From: an uncultured Verrucomicrobiae bacterium
Lineage (GTDB): Bacteria > Verrucomicrobiota > Verrucomicrobiia > Chthoniobacterales > UBA10450
NCBI GenBank assembly: GCA_963815455.1
Contig: CAWFGO010000001.1
Span: forward strand, 1 to 64,000
DNA length: 64,000 bases
Direction of reading: 5' to 3'
Part shown: positions 19,772 to 28,998 of the stretch, one piece after another
How the letters are laid out: each line of letters starts with the position of its first letter
Numbering within the stretch: position 1 is the first letter of the stretch
Program-made: the position numbers and the translations under genes
Notes under the pieces: model-generated
The model's database searches: none
The model's input: only the letters and a program-made list of their open reading frames with translations
What the model was told of the DNA's origin: nothing

Positions 19772-21196
19772 TTGCGCGTGGCCTTTGACTTAAAAGAAAT
19801 CATCGCCGCGCGGCTGGGCGAAAATTATCAACTGCACGAGCGGCACATCAATCGCACGCTGGTGGCGGCGCAGCGTGTGATCGGCTTCGATAAAGTCTAT
19901 GCCCGGGCCGAGGGCGCCTATCTCTACGACATGGATAACCACCCGCATCTGGATTTTCTGAGCGGCTACAGCGTTTTCAACATCGGGCGAAATCATCCGG
20001 TGGTGAAACAGGCGATTCGCGATGTGCTCGATCTCGATCTTCCGAACATGGTCCAGATGGATTGCTCGTTGTTGAGTGGTTTGCTCGCGGAGGCGATCGT
20101 CAAACGAACCCCGCCACATCTCGATGCCGTCTTCTTTTGCAACTCCGGGACCGAGGCGATTGAGGGCGCGTTGAAGTTCGCCCGCGCAGCGACGGGACGA
20201 AAACGCGTTATTTCCCTTGAAAGCGCGTTTCACGGCTTGAGTCTCGGTTCGCTCTCGCTGATGGGCTGCGAAAGCTTTACCGAAGGTTTCGGGCCGTTGA
20301 TGGATGGATTCGATACCCGTGTTCCGCTGGATGATCTGGATGCGTTGGATCGACAACTGCGTTCCCGCGATGTCGCCGCGTTTGTGATCGAGACGGTGCA
20401 GGGCAAAGGCTGCAAAACGCCCGGGACAGATTTCTTCGTCCGCGCCCAGGAGCTTTGCCGTAAATACGGGACGCTTTTGATTTCCGATGAAATCCAAACC
20501 GGACTCGGAAGGACCGGGAAAATGTTCGGGTTCCAACATTGGAATTTGGAGCCGGACATTATCACGCTGGCGAAAACCTTGAGCGGCGGATATGTGCCGT
20601 GCGGGGCGATCGTGACCCGGCGCGACATTTATCAGAAAACTTTTTCCCGCCTGGACCGGTGCGTTGTGCATTCGACCACATTCGGCCGCAATAATCTGGC
20701 GATGGCTTGCGGGCTGGCCGCGCTGGAAATAATCGACGATGAGAAGTTGGTCGAGAACGCCGCGACGATGGGCGACCTGCTCATGGAGAAGATCGACAAC
20801 CTGCGAGAAAAGCATTCATTCATTAAGGAAGTGCGCGGCAGAGGACTAATGATTGCGATCGAATTTCATGAGCCGCAGGAATTCAAGCTCAAGATGGCGT
20901 GGAAACTTTTGCACAAGATCGACAAGGTGCTTTTTGCGCAAATGGTGGTGACCCAAATGCTGAGCAAACATCGCATTCTCACGCAGGTGGCAGGACACGC
21001 CATGGACGTGCTGAAAATTTTGCCGCCGCTAATTATCGGCGAACGCGAGATCGATATGTTCGTCAACGCGCTGGACGATGTGCTGACCGACTGCCGGAAA
21101 TTTCCCGGCCCGATGTGGGAGCTGGGCAACAACTTCGTGAAAGCCGCGCTCGGTTCACGGCGCTCTTCGGAACCGCGGCCTGCCGTTTCCGCCTGA
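19772..21196 (+). CDS. hpnO: Class III PLP aminotransferase, HpnO-like (aminobacteriohopanetriol synthesis)
   Basis: DFLSGYSVFNIGRNHP, FCNSGTEA, DEIQTGLGRTG, AKTLSGG, RCVVHSTTFGRN, HRILTQVAGH. Confidence 0.75.
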   Translation: MRVAFDLKEIIAARLGENYQLHERHINRTLVAAQRVIGFDKVYARAEGAYLYDMDNHPHLDFLSGYSVFNIGRNHPVVKQAIRDVLDLDLPNMVQMDCSLLSGLLAEAIVKRTPPHLDAVFFCNSGTEAIEGALKFARAATGRKRVISLESAFHGLSLGSLSLMGCESFTEGFGPLMDGFDTRVPLDDLDALDRQLRSRDVAAFVIETVQGKGCKTPGTDFFVRAQELCRKYGTLLISDEIQTGLGRTGKMFGFQHWNLEPDIITLAKTLSGGYVPCGAIVTRRDIYQKTFSRLDRCVVHSTTFGRNNLAMACGLAALEIIDDEKLVENAATMGDLLMEKIDNLREKHSFIKEVRGRGLMIAIEFHEPQEFKLKMAWKLLHKIDKVLFAQMVVTQMLSKHRILTQVAGHAMDVLKILPPLIIGEREIDMFVNALDDVLTDCRKFPGPMWELGNNFVKAALGSRRSSEPRPAVSA

Positions 21197-21326
21197 TTGC
21201 TAGCGGCGATCTCCGATCGCTGCATCGCTGGACATTCGTCAGTTTCCGATTGTCGATCTTCTGCGCCGGGCTTACCTTTAGCGACCAAGCGAACGCATCC
21301 TGCGTTCAGCAGACCGGAGGAAAATC

Positions 21327-22316
21327 ATGAGCACCGCTGTCGCCGAAGAAAAGAAAACCAAGCTGAATCAACTCGAACAGCTAAAGAAATTTACTGTTGT
21401 CGTGGCCGATACGGGCGACTTCGAATCGATCAAGGAGTTTAAGCCGCGTGATGCAACGACCAATCCGAGTCTCATTTATGCCGCCACCCAGAAAGAAAAA
21501 TACTTCCATCTCCTGGATGAAGTGCTGGCCGACCGCAAGAGTTCCGGTCTAAGCGGTGCGGCGCAGATCGAGGACGTCATCGATCATCTGCTCGTGCAAT
21601 TCGGTTGCGAGATCTTGAAGATCGTGCCGGGTCGCGTTTCGACCGAGACGGATGCGCGATTGTCGTTCGACGTGGAAGGCTCGATCAACAAAGGCCGCCA
21701 GTTAATCAAGATTTACGAATCGCGGAAAATTCCGCGCGAGCGCGTGTTAATCAAAATTGCATCGACATGGGAAGGCATTCAGGCAGGCGAAGTCCTGGAG
21801 AAGGAAGGGATCAACTGCAACCTGACGCTGATGTTTTCGCTTCCACAAGCGGTGCGCTGTGCGGAGGCCGGCATCGAACTGATCTCGCCATTTGTCGGCC
21901 GCATCTACGATTGGTACAAGGCTGCGAACAAACGCGATTACACCGGTGCGGAAGATCCGGGCGTGCAATCGGTGGACGAAATCTATACCTACTACAAGAA
22001 GTTCGGATACAAGACCGAAGTAATGGGCGCGAGCTTCCGCAACGTGGGGCAGATTTTGGAACTGGCCGGGTGCGATCTATTAACGATCAGTCCGGATTTG
22101 CTCGAGAAACTTTCCGAGTCGTATGACCCGGTCCAGCGAAAGCTTGATCCCGACACAGCCAAAAAGGCCGATGCGCAGCGGCTGGAGATGGACGAGAAGA
22201 AGTTCCGCTATCTGTTTAACGACAACGCGATGGCGACCGAAAAAACGTCGGAAGGCATTCGCAAGTTCGCGGCCGATATCGTGAAGCTCGAGAAATTTGT
22301 CGCGAGCAAGCTGTAG
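21327..22316 (+). CDS. tal: Transaldolase
   Basis: [52 protein letters not shown]. Confidence 0.97.
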   Translation: MSTAVAEEKKTKLNQLEQLKKFTVVVADTGDFESIKEFKPRDATTNPSLIYAATQKEKYFHLLDEVLADRKSSGLSGAAQIEDVIDHLLVQFGCEILKIVPGRVSTETDARLSFDVEGSINKGRQLIKIYESRKIPRERVLIKIASTWEGIQAGEVLEKEGINCNLTLMFSLPQAVRCAEAGIELISPFVGRIYDWYKAANKRDYTGAEDPGVQSVDEIYTYYKKFGYKTEVMGASFRNVGQILELAGCDLLTISPDLLEKLSESYDPVQRKLDPDTAKKADAQRLEMDEKKFRYLFNDNAMATEKTSEGIRKFAADIVKLEKFVASKL

Positions 22317-22434
22317 GTGGATCGAGCAGTCCCTTGTGCGCCAGCCGGACGGACTCGTCCTGTGGCGAGCTCGATGCTAATTTGGCGGCGAAGCCGCATT
22401 TGTTTGGCATCGCCCGCGGAGCGGCCGATCCACC
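22313..22434. repeat. GTAG-type REP doublet with nested hairpin insertion
   Basis: Same ends as 19651-19740; the first loop is replaced by a ~40-nt insert with cgcca..ggacg-gact-cgtcc..tggcg. Confidence 0.8.
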
Positions 22435-22881
22435 ATGTTTAACGTTGTTTTAGTAGAGCCGGAGATTCCGCCGAATACGGGCAACATCGGCCGGCTTTGT
22501 CTGGCCACGCAGTCGACATTACACCTGGTCAAGCCGCTCGGCTTTTCGCTGGAGGATCGACAACTGAAACGGGCCGGCCTCGACTATTGGAACGAAGTCG
22601 ATGTGCGATTGTGGAATTCCCTTGATGAGTTGCAGCAGGCGCAGACATCGAACATACGCCGCTTTTTCCTGACAACGAAAACGACGCGCTCCTGTTACGA
22701 CGTGAAATTCTCGCGAGGTGACTTCCTCGTGTTCGGGCGTGAAACGAAGGGACTACCCGAGGATTTGCTAAAGTCCAACGCCGACAGTTGCATCACTATT
22801 CCAATGCACGGGACACGAAGCCTGAATCTGGCAACTGCGGTGGCAATTGTGCTGTTTGAAGCAACGCGACAACAACGCTAA
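22435..22881 (+). CDS. trmL: tRNA (cytidine/uridine(34)-2'-O)-methyltransferase
   Basis: PEIPPNTGNIGRLC, RAGLDYW, FGRETKGL, RSLNLA. Confidence 0.95.
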   Translation: MFNVVLVEPEIPPNTGNIGRLCLATQSTLHLVKPLGFSLEDRQLKRAGLDYWNEVDVRLWNSLDELQQAQTSNIRRFFLTTKTTRSCYDVKFSRGDFLVFGRETKGLPEDLLKSNADSCITIPMHGTRSLNLATAVAIVLFEATRQQR

Positions 22882-23051
22882 GCGCCGACGCTTTCATAAA
22901 CGTTTTATCGCGGGACTGCATCCAAGAGACCTCGGGCACACGATAACAACTTAGAGACCTCACCGCGCGTGTCATCGCCCGTCTTGCTGATGACTTTGAA
23001 TAAGCGACGTGCGTCAGGGGTCTAACCTTATGACGGAAAAATGGGTAAACT

Positions 23052-23966
23052 ATGAAAAAACTTCTATACACAATATGTATCGGCAGCCTGGCGTTGTCTT
23101 TGACCACGCAGGGCGCAGATAATGACAATGCAAAACATTCCCGGAGAAAAGGGAAGGCAGCGCTCAGCCAATCCTCGGGCCAAGCGAAGGTCCAGACTTC
23201 AACCCGGAGCGGACGGCGATCCTTCAGCAAGTCGGGGCAAGCGCAAACGCACCGTAATCTCAACGTGGGGCGAATCCGCCAGCATCACAACGCCGTGACG
23301 ACGCAGTCCAAGGTCAAAGCGAATTCGCGGAGACAGGTGGTGCGGACGGATCGAACCAATCGATTCAACGCTCCACAGCAAACGAACGTTCGCAGTAACA
23401 AGAGACTTACCCGTCACAACAATGCGATCGTCAACGCCCAAACCAGCAAGCGGAATGCGCGCCACCGTAACTTCGGCGTCAATGGCAGGAGCAAATTCGG
23501 GGCGAACCATCACCGCAATGTGCAGGTCAACCGGAAGCACAAAGTGCTGGTGACGAACAATTGGCATGGCCGGCGGTTCGGCGGCCAAAAATATGCCGCC
23601 TTCCGAAATTACGATCGCCAGTGGCATCACCGCAATTGGTGGAGGCGCCATCACAGTCGCATCGTGTTCGTCTTCGGCGGGGCCTATTACTGGAACGCGG
23701 GTTACTGGTACCCAGCCTGGGGCTATGATCCCGGCTACAGCTACGTGTATGACGGCCCGATCTATGGCTACAACAATCTGCCCCCGGACCAGGTTGTCAT
23801 CAATGTTCAGGCGCAGCTGCAGGCGGATGGCTACTATGACGGGGAGATCGATGGGCTGCTGGGCCCGTTGACCCGGCAGGCCATCGCCGACTACCAGGCT
23901 GATCACGGATTGGCCGTGACCTCAGCGGTGGACGAGCCGACTTTGGCCACGCTGGGTCTGGTTTAG
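23052..23966 (+). CDS. Secreted basic low-complexity protein with His/Trp-rich motif and C-terminal peptidoglycan-binding domain
   Basis: Signal peptide; WHHRNWWRRHH...YPAWGY; VQAQLQADGYYDGEIDGLLGPLTRQAIADYQ (PG_binding_1). Confidence 0.85.
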   Translation: MKKLLYTICIGSLALSLTTQGADNDNAKHSRRKGKAALSQSSGQAKVQTSTRSGRRSFSKSGQAQTHRNLNVGRIRQHHNAVTTQSKVKANSRRQVVRTDRTNRFNAPQQTNVRSNKRLTRHNNAIVNAQTSKRNARHRNFGVNGRSKFGANHHRNVQVNRKHKVLVTNNWHGRRFGGQKYAAFRNYDRQWHHRNWWRRHHSRIVFVFGGAYYWNAGYWYPAWGYDPGYSYVYDGPIYGYNNLPPDQVVINVQAQLQADGYYDGEIDGLLGPLTRQAIADYQADHGLAVTSAVDEPTLATLGLV

Positions 23967-23988
23967 AGTCACGTAAACGGAGTATTTC

Positions 23989-24027
23989 AAAAGCCGCATG
24001 GTGCTTGCGCCATGCGGCTTTTTGTTT
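23989..24027 (+). terminator. Intrinsic terminator
   Basis: aaaagccgcatgg...ccatgcggcttttt followed by gttt. Confidence 0.85.
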
Positions 24028-24047
24028 GCCCAAACCCCGCCGCACCC

Positions 24048-24126
24048 GTCTTGGTTCTGGCAGATCGAAACATCTCAAAATCTGTCCGAAAATTCGCGAG
24101 GTCCTTCGACTTCACTCAGGATGACA
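24048..24126. repeat. Degenerate GTCAT...ATGAC REP-like element
   Basis: 3' half gaggtccttcgacttcactcaggatgaca matches 42942, 46760 and 55897 copies. Confidence 0.65.
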
Positions 24127-24243
24127 GAAAGGAGGCGTAGCCTTGGCACTGAAACTTCTCGACGACACGGCAATCTCAAGCGAGAATTGGGGTTGAATAA
24201 ACACAAGGACTGACCTGTCCAAGCAACAAGGAGTTAATTAATT

Positions 24244-25050
24244 ATGAAAAAATTCTTAGTTTTAGTCACCTGCCTCGCTCTGGTGAGCGTTGCATCTGCG
24301 GATAATCAAAAAAAACACAAAAACAAACACGACGAGCAAGGGCAGGGCCAGGGTCAGGTACAGGGGAATAACCAAGGGAAGAAGTTCCAGGCGAACAAGA
24401 TTCAAGGGAACAAGTTTCAAAAGAACAAATTCCAAGGAAACAAGATCCAGGGGAACAAATTCCAAGGGAACAAATTCCAAGGGAATAAGTTCCAAGGGAA
24501 CAAGATCCAAAAGAACAAGCTCCAGGCGAACAAATTCCAGGGGAAGAAGTTCCAGGCGAAACAGTTCAAGAAGTTCAACCTGGCGAACAAGCAGCCAAAT
24601 AAGAACATCCCGAACGTGAAGTTCAAAGCCGGCTATCAGATTCAGGGCGCCAACAAGTGGAAAGGGAACAAGTACATCGTCTTTAAGAACTATAAGTCAC
24701 AATGGCACGACAAGGGCTGGTGGCATCACCATCACAACCATATCGTCTTCGTGTTAGGCGGCTGGTATTTCTGGGACGGCGGTTACTATTACCCAGCCTG
24801 GGGTTACGCTCCCGATGCCTATTATGCCTTTGACGGACCGATCTACACCGGTTCCGTTGATAGAGATCCCGGCGACGTAGTTGCCAATGTGCAGTCGGCG
24901 CTTCAGGAGCAAGGCTACTATCAGGGAGACATAGACGGCATTCTCGGGCCGCAGACCCGCGCGGCGCTTGCCGAATACCAGCAATCCATCGATATCGAGC
25001 CCACGGGTGCAATCGATGAGCCGACGCTTGAGTCGCTGGGAATGGTATAA
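24244..25050 (+). CDS. Secreted pentapeptide-repeat (NKFQG) protein with C-terminal peptidoglycan-binding domain
   Basis: RBS AAGGAG; signal peptide; 12 [NK]K[FIL]Q[GKA] units; WHDKGWWHHHHNH; VQSALQEQGYYQGDIDGILGPQTRAAL. Confidence 0.88.
   Translation: MKKFLVLVTCLALVSVASADNQKKHKNKHDEQGQGQGQVQGNNQGKKFQANKIQGNKFQKNKFQGNKIQGNKFQGNKFQGNKFQGNKIQKNKLQANKFQGKKFQAKQFKKFNLANKQPNKNIPNVKFKAGYQIQGANKWKGNKYIVFKNYKSQWHDKGWWHHHHNHIVFVLGGWYFWDGGYYYPAWGYAPDAYYAFDGPIYTGSVDRDPGDVVANVQSALQEQGYYQGDIDGILGPQTRAALAEYQQSIDIEPTGAIDEPTLESLGMV
24379..24558 (+). repeat. 15-nt coding tandem repeat x12
   Basis: Consensus aacaa(a/g)ttcca(a/g)ggg. Confidence 0.9.
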
Positions 25051-25061
25051 CGAAGTTCCAA

Positions 25062-26339
25062 TTACGAAAAACCGCCGTGGATTTCCGCGGCGGTTTTTTT
25101 GTACATCGCCAACCCCAGAAAAACGCAGGCGCTGATAAAAAAGAAAAGAAAGGCACAGTTTCGGAACCCGAGCACGAGGGGCGGCCAGTAGGGGTGACCA
25201 ATGAAATCCCATTTCCCGAGGAGCCACGGATTGCCGCAGAGCAACCAGTAAACCGAATAGATGTAGGCGGTCCCCAACACCATCGCCGGCACGAAGAAAC
25301 GCGGGCTGAGAAAGAGCCAAAACGGCAGGGACCATGCGAAATATTGAAACGCCCAGTTGTCGCTGAAGCCGTAAACGACCACGTAAAGCATCCCAATCGT
25401 GGCGCAGACATCCGAGACAGAGCGCCGCGATCTCCGCAACCAGACGAGAACAAACGCGAGAATGAGCGCCAGTTGCCAACTGTGATCCAGAAAAAACAAG
25501 ACCGGAGCGTGAGTTTGCTCCGGCCACTTGCCAGGCGCAGCGATGATCGAGAAGAGCAGGACTTTGGGACCCCACACCGGGATATAGGCGGTGGTATGGA
25601 TTGGAAGCCCGCGATAGGCAAACACGGTTCCGAAAAGCGCTTTGGCGTCCAATAGAAATGCCGGCAGATACGTGAATGCCGCCGTGATTCCGGCGACGAC
25701 AAGAAAGATAAGCCGCTGCCGCCAGCCGCGAAGGTAAAACACCAGGGCCGGCACGGCCAGTATGCCAGGCAGCTTGATCCAGAGAGAAGCCCCGGCCACG
25801 GCCGCGCCGCCGATCAGTTGTTGCTTCGACAACAGCCAGACACTGAGCAAGAGAAAAAACGGGATGGCCGTATCCGTGTTGCCATGATAGGCGGAGAAAA
25901 TGATTGCGAGTGGATTGAGCCAGTAACCCGCGGCACGAACAAAACGCCACCGGCTTCCCCGTGACATGGCAAAAAGCAGACAAGTTGTGCCGGCATCGAT
26001 CAAGGCAAACGGCATTCGATGAAGCACGCGAAATGGAATTCCGCTCACCTGAGCCGCATGAAGCACCAACGATTCGAAATAACTGATAAAAGGCGGATGA
26101 TTCGGACTTTCGTCGAAGCGATAATAACCGATTAGCCCCAGCTGTTGGACGTTACTGGCATGCCGTTCCCAAATCGCCACGTCCTCCGTCCCCTCAGTGA
26201 AAACGAGCAAATACAAACGAAGCGCGGCGCCGACAACCATCGCCGCCCAGAACCAAATGCCAGCCCGACTAAACCAGCGATCTTCTTTCGCCGCAACGAC
26301 TTGGTTCTTGTCGATGGAGGCCTCTGGCGTCGGAGTCAT
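25062..26339 (-). CDS. Polytopic GT-C-fold membrane glycosyltransferase (GT87/PIG-M-like)
   Basis: GTEDV after TM1, NHPPF, LNPLAIIFSAYHGNTD, IKLPG, QYFAWSLPF; about 10 hydrophobic segments. Confidence 0.75.
   Translation of the reverse strand: MTPTPEASIDKNQVVAAKEDRWFSRAGIWFWAAMVVGAALRLYLLVFTEGTEDVAIWERHASNVQQLGLIGYYRFDESPNHPPFISYFESLVLHAAQVSGIPFRVLHRMPFALIDAGTTCLLFAMSRGSRWRFVRAAGYWLNPLAIIFSAYHGNTDTAIPFFLLLSVWLLSKQQLIGGAAVAGASLWIKLPGILAVPALVFYLRGWRQRLIFLVVAGITAAFTYLPAFLLDAKALFGTVFAYRGLPIHTTAYIPVWGPKVLLFSIIAAPGKWPEQTHAPVLFFLDHSWQLALILAFVLVWLRRSRRSVSDVCATIGMLYVVVYGFSDNWAFQYFAWSLPFWLFLSPRFFVPAMVLGTAYIYSVYWLLCGNPWLLGKWDFIGHPYWPPLVLGFRNCAFLFFFISACVFLGLAMYKKTAAEIHGGFS
25067..25100. terminator. Bidirectional intrinsic terminator overlapping the 3' end of the GT-C gene
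   Basis: aaaaaccgccgtgg-attt-ccgcggcggttttttt. Confidence 0.75.
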
Positions 26340-27212
26340 TTGGGCAAGATCGACAATCCCTCACGAATACCAATCGGCCGGTAATCGAGGTCGGTCGTCG
26401 CAAGGGAATGATCAAGATCGGCATCCTGAGTCAATCCGGCGATTGCATTCCAAGTGAGCGGCGGATGTTTCGTGGTCCGTTCAAAAACAGCCGCGAGAAT
26501 TTTACAGAGCCAAACCGGAATCGACACAATCGGTTTGTGCAGATCGTAGTGACATAGAATCAAATGGGCCAATTCACGGAGTTCGATTGCCTCGCCGCCG
26601 CTTAATGCGTAGGTCTTGCCGTAAGTTTTCGGGTTGCCGCAGATCGCAAGAAAACCGCGCACCAGATCGTCCACGTGGACCGGACGTTTCAGCGCGCGGC
26701 CGCGTCCAACGAAGGGAACGATCGGATATTTTCGGAGCATCTCAGACGAACATCCGAAACTCTTCGCCACCGAACTCGTTGTAAGCGAGCGTCGGGCGCA
26801 CGATTGTCCAGTTCATTGGCTGTTGCTCGCGAACGATGCGTTCCCCTTCCCGCTTCGAGAGCGAGTAGGGAGTGGTGTGCGGATACACGACGGATGCGGA
26901 TGAGATAAAAACAAAATGCCGCACGCCTGCCGTGGCCGCGCCTTCGACCATATTGCGCGTGCCTTGCACATTCACCCGCTCGAACACGGTCGGATCGCGC
27001 GTGAGCAAAACGGCGGCAAGGTGATAAACCGTCTCGACCCCATCGAAGACGCCTCGAAGCGTGGCCTCATCTGAAATATCGCAGTGCCGAAGATCGACAT
27101 CATCGAGCCGCGTTCCAGGACGGTCCAACACGCGGACCTGCTCTCCACGCTCGCGCAAACCGGCAACGAGCCGTTTTCCCATTACGCCCGCCCCGCCGGA
27201 GATCAGAATCAT
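26336..27212 (-). CDS. NAD-dependent epimerase/dehydratase (extended SDR), one frameshift at ~26743
   Basis: SGGAGVMG, HLAA, FISSAS, YSLSK, IVRPT then PVHVDDL in the next frame; GTC TGAG ATG has one extra base. Confidence 0.85.
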
Positions 27213-28270
27213 GCCGGTTGAGATCGATTTTGCCCGACGAAATATTCCATGGTCTTACGCACGGTTGTTTCCAGATTGTGTTTTGGCTCCCAGCCCAAGA
27301 GCATGCGCGCTTTTGTAATGTCAGGAATTCGACGGTCACAATCGTCGTAACCCGCGCCGTAGAATTCTTCCGCCGTTACCGATATGATTTCGCAGACAGG
27401 CTCATTGGCGACTTGAAAATGTTTGGCGAAAATTTCGCGCATTAGCTCCGCCAACCCGCGAATACTGCTTTCATTTCCGGGCGTGCCGATGTTGAAAACT
27501 TCGCGATCGCAAACACCGCCCCAATTATCGATCACGCGCACGATGCAATCGACCGCATCGTCGATGTAGGTGTAAGTGCGCAGATTTTTGCCGCCATCGA
27601 CCAGCTTCATCGGCGTGCCATGCAAAAGCGCGTCCATGAAATGACTAAACACGCGCGGGTTGCCTGCTTCTTCGCTGGGAAGAAAATCGATGCGCGGCCC
27701 GATAAAATTGAACGGCCGGATGATCGTGTAGTTAAGTTCGTCGTTCAGGCCGTAGGCATGGATCACGCGCTCAAGCAGCTGTTTAGCGGATGCGTAAATC
27801 CAACGATGCGCTCGGACCGGGCCCAAGATCATCGGCGATGAATCCTCATTTAGGCTCCAGACCATCGCCGTTGGATCCTTTCCCAGGATCGCCGCCGGCG
27901 TCTTGCCATAGACCTCGCAAGTCGAAAATTGAATCAGCCGTTTGTCATGCCGCACGCAGAGTTTCGCGATCTTGAGGTTCTCAATGAAATTCAACTCAAA
28001 TACTTCCAGCGGATGGTTGACGTAAACGCTGGGATTTGCCAGGGCGACCAAATCGATCACCAGATCGGCTTCGCGGACCAGATTGTCGATCCTCACCTCA
28101 TCGCTGCGAATATCGCTTTCGATGAAATTTAGTCGCCGAGTTTTGACCAGGTGCTCGATCTTGGCCCGCGCAATATCGAGGGCGATCACTTCATGATTGC
28201 CATCGCTCAACAGCCGCTCCACCAGATTCGCGCCGACGAATCCAGCGGCACCGAGCAGAAGAATTTTCAT
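27209..28270 (-). CDS. UDP-glucuronate decarboxylase family enzyme, UDP-apiose/UDP-xylose synthase-like
   Basis: GAAGFVG, FSTCEVYGKT, RWIYASAKQL, RPFNFIGPRIDF, KLVDGG, EFYGAGYDDCDRRIPDI. Confidence 0.8.
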   Translation of the reverse strand: MKILLLGAAGFVGANLVERLLSDGNHEVIALDIARAKIEHLVKTRRLNFIESDIRSDEVRIDNLVREADLVIDLVALANPSVYVNHPLEVFELNFIENLKIAKLCVRHDKRLIQFSTCEVYGKTPAAILGKDPTAMVWSLNEDSSPMILGPVRAHRWIYASAKQLLERVIHAYGLNDELNYTIIRPFNFIGPRIDFLPSEEAGNPRVFSHFMDALLHGTPMKLVDGGKNLRTYTYIDDAVDCIVRVIDNWGGVCDREVFNIGTPGNESSIRGLAELMREIFAKHFQVANEPVCEIISVTAEEFYGAGYDDCDRRIPDITKARMLLGWEPKHNLETTVRKTMEYFVGQNRSQPA

Positions 28271-28998
28271 TTTGATTGCAGCAAGCTGCGGTAGTGACCG
28301 AGCCGGTGCCGGCCGATCATTTTGAGTACGTTGATGCCATAAGGAATCGGCGAAAGACTCGAGCTCTCGGCATCGTAGCGCGTGGGAATGGCAATTTCTT
28401 TGCAGCGATAGCCGAGCAAATGGGCAAACAGGATCATTTCAGCATCAAAGTTGAAATTATCCTGCAACCTTTGAAAAGGAACTTCTTCGAGCAATTTTCG
28501 CGAGTAAACCATGTAGCCGCTGTGGAACTCGGCTAACGAAGTCCCGAAGGCCGCGTTTTCGACAAATGTCAGAGCGCGATTCGCCAGGAAACGCACCAGC
28601 GGCATGCCCCCTTTCAGCGCGTCACCACGGAGCATCCGGGAGCCTTGCACAATCTCCCCTTCTCCATTCGCAACCGGCGCGAGCATTTCCATAATGTATT
28701 CGGGCGGATACTGACCGTCGGCGTGAACAATAACGAACGCGCTCGCATCTCCGGCCAAGCCGCGGCGCAAACCCGATTTCACCGCGCCGCCGCATCCGGT
28801 ATTGCGCTGATGATGAATAACAGAGAGCGACGAATACTCACCGATCAATTGTTCCGCCACCGCTCCGGTCTCATCCGGGCTACAATCGTTGACGACAATT
28901 GCAATTCCGTTTTGCCAAAACTGCTCCGGTACCCGGCCCACAACATCCGGAAGCGTCTTCGCCGCGCGATGGGCCGGAATAATGATCGCGGACTTCAA
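28267..28998 (-). CDS. GT2 glycosyltransferase (DPM1/ArnC-like polyprenyl-phosphate glycosyltransferase)
   Basis: IIIPA, VNDCSPDET, HADGQYPP, GSRM, EFHSGY, FDAEMI, IPTRY. Confidence 0.9.
   Translation of the reverse strand: MKSAIIIPAHRAAKTLPDVVGRVPEQFWQNGIAIVVNDCSPDETGAVAEQLIGEYSSLSVIHHQRNTGCGGAVKSGLRRGLAGDASAFVIVHADGQYPPEYIMEMLAPVANGEGEIVQGSRMLRGDALKGGMPLVRFLANRALTFVENAAFGTSLAEFHSGYMVYSRKLLEEVPFQRLQDNFNFDAEMILFAHLLGYRCKEIAIPTRYDAESSSLSPIPYGINVLKMIGRHRLGHYRSLLQSK

Noticed and set aside
24379..24558. Regular short repeats resembling a CRISPR array
   Set aside because: Contiguous 15-nt units with no spacers, in frame in a protein; no cas genes.
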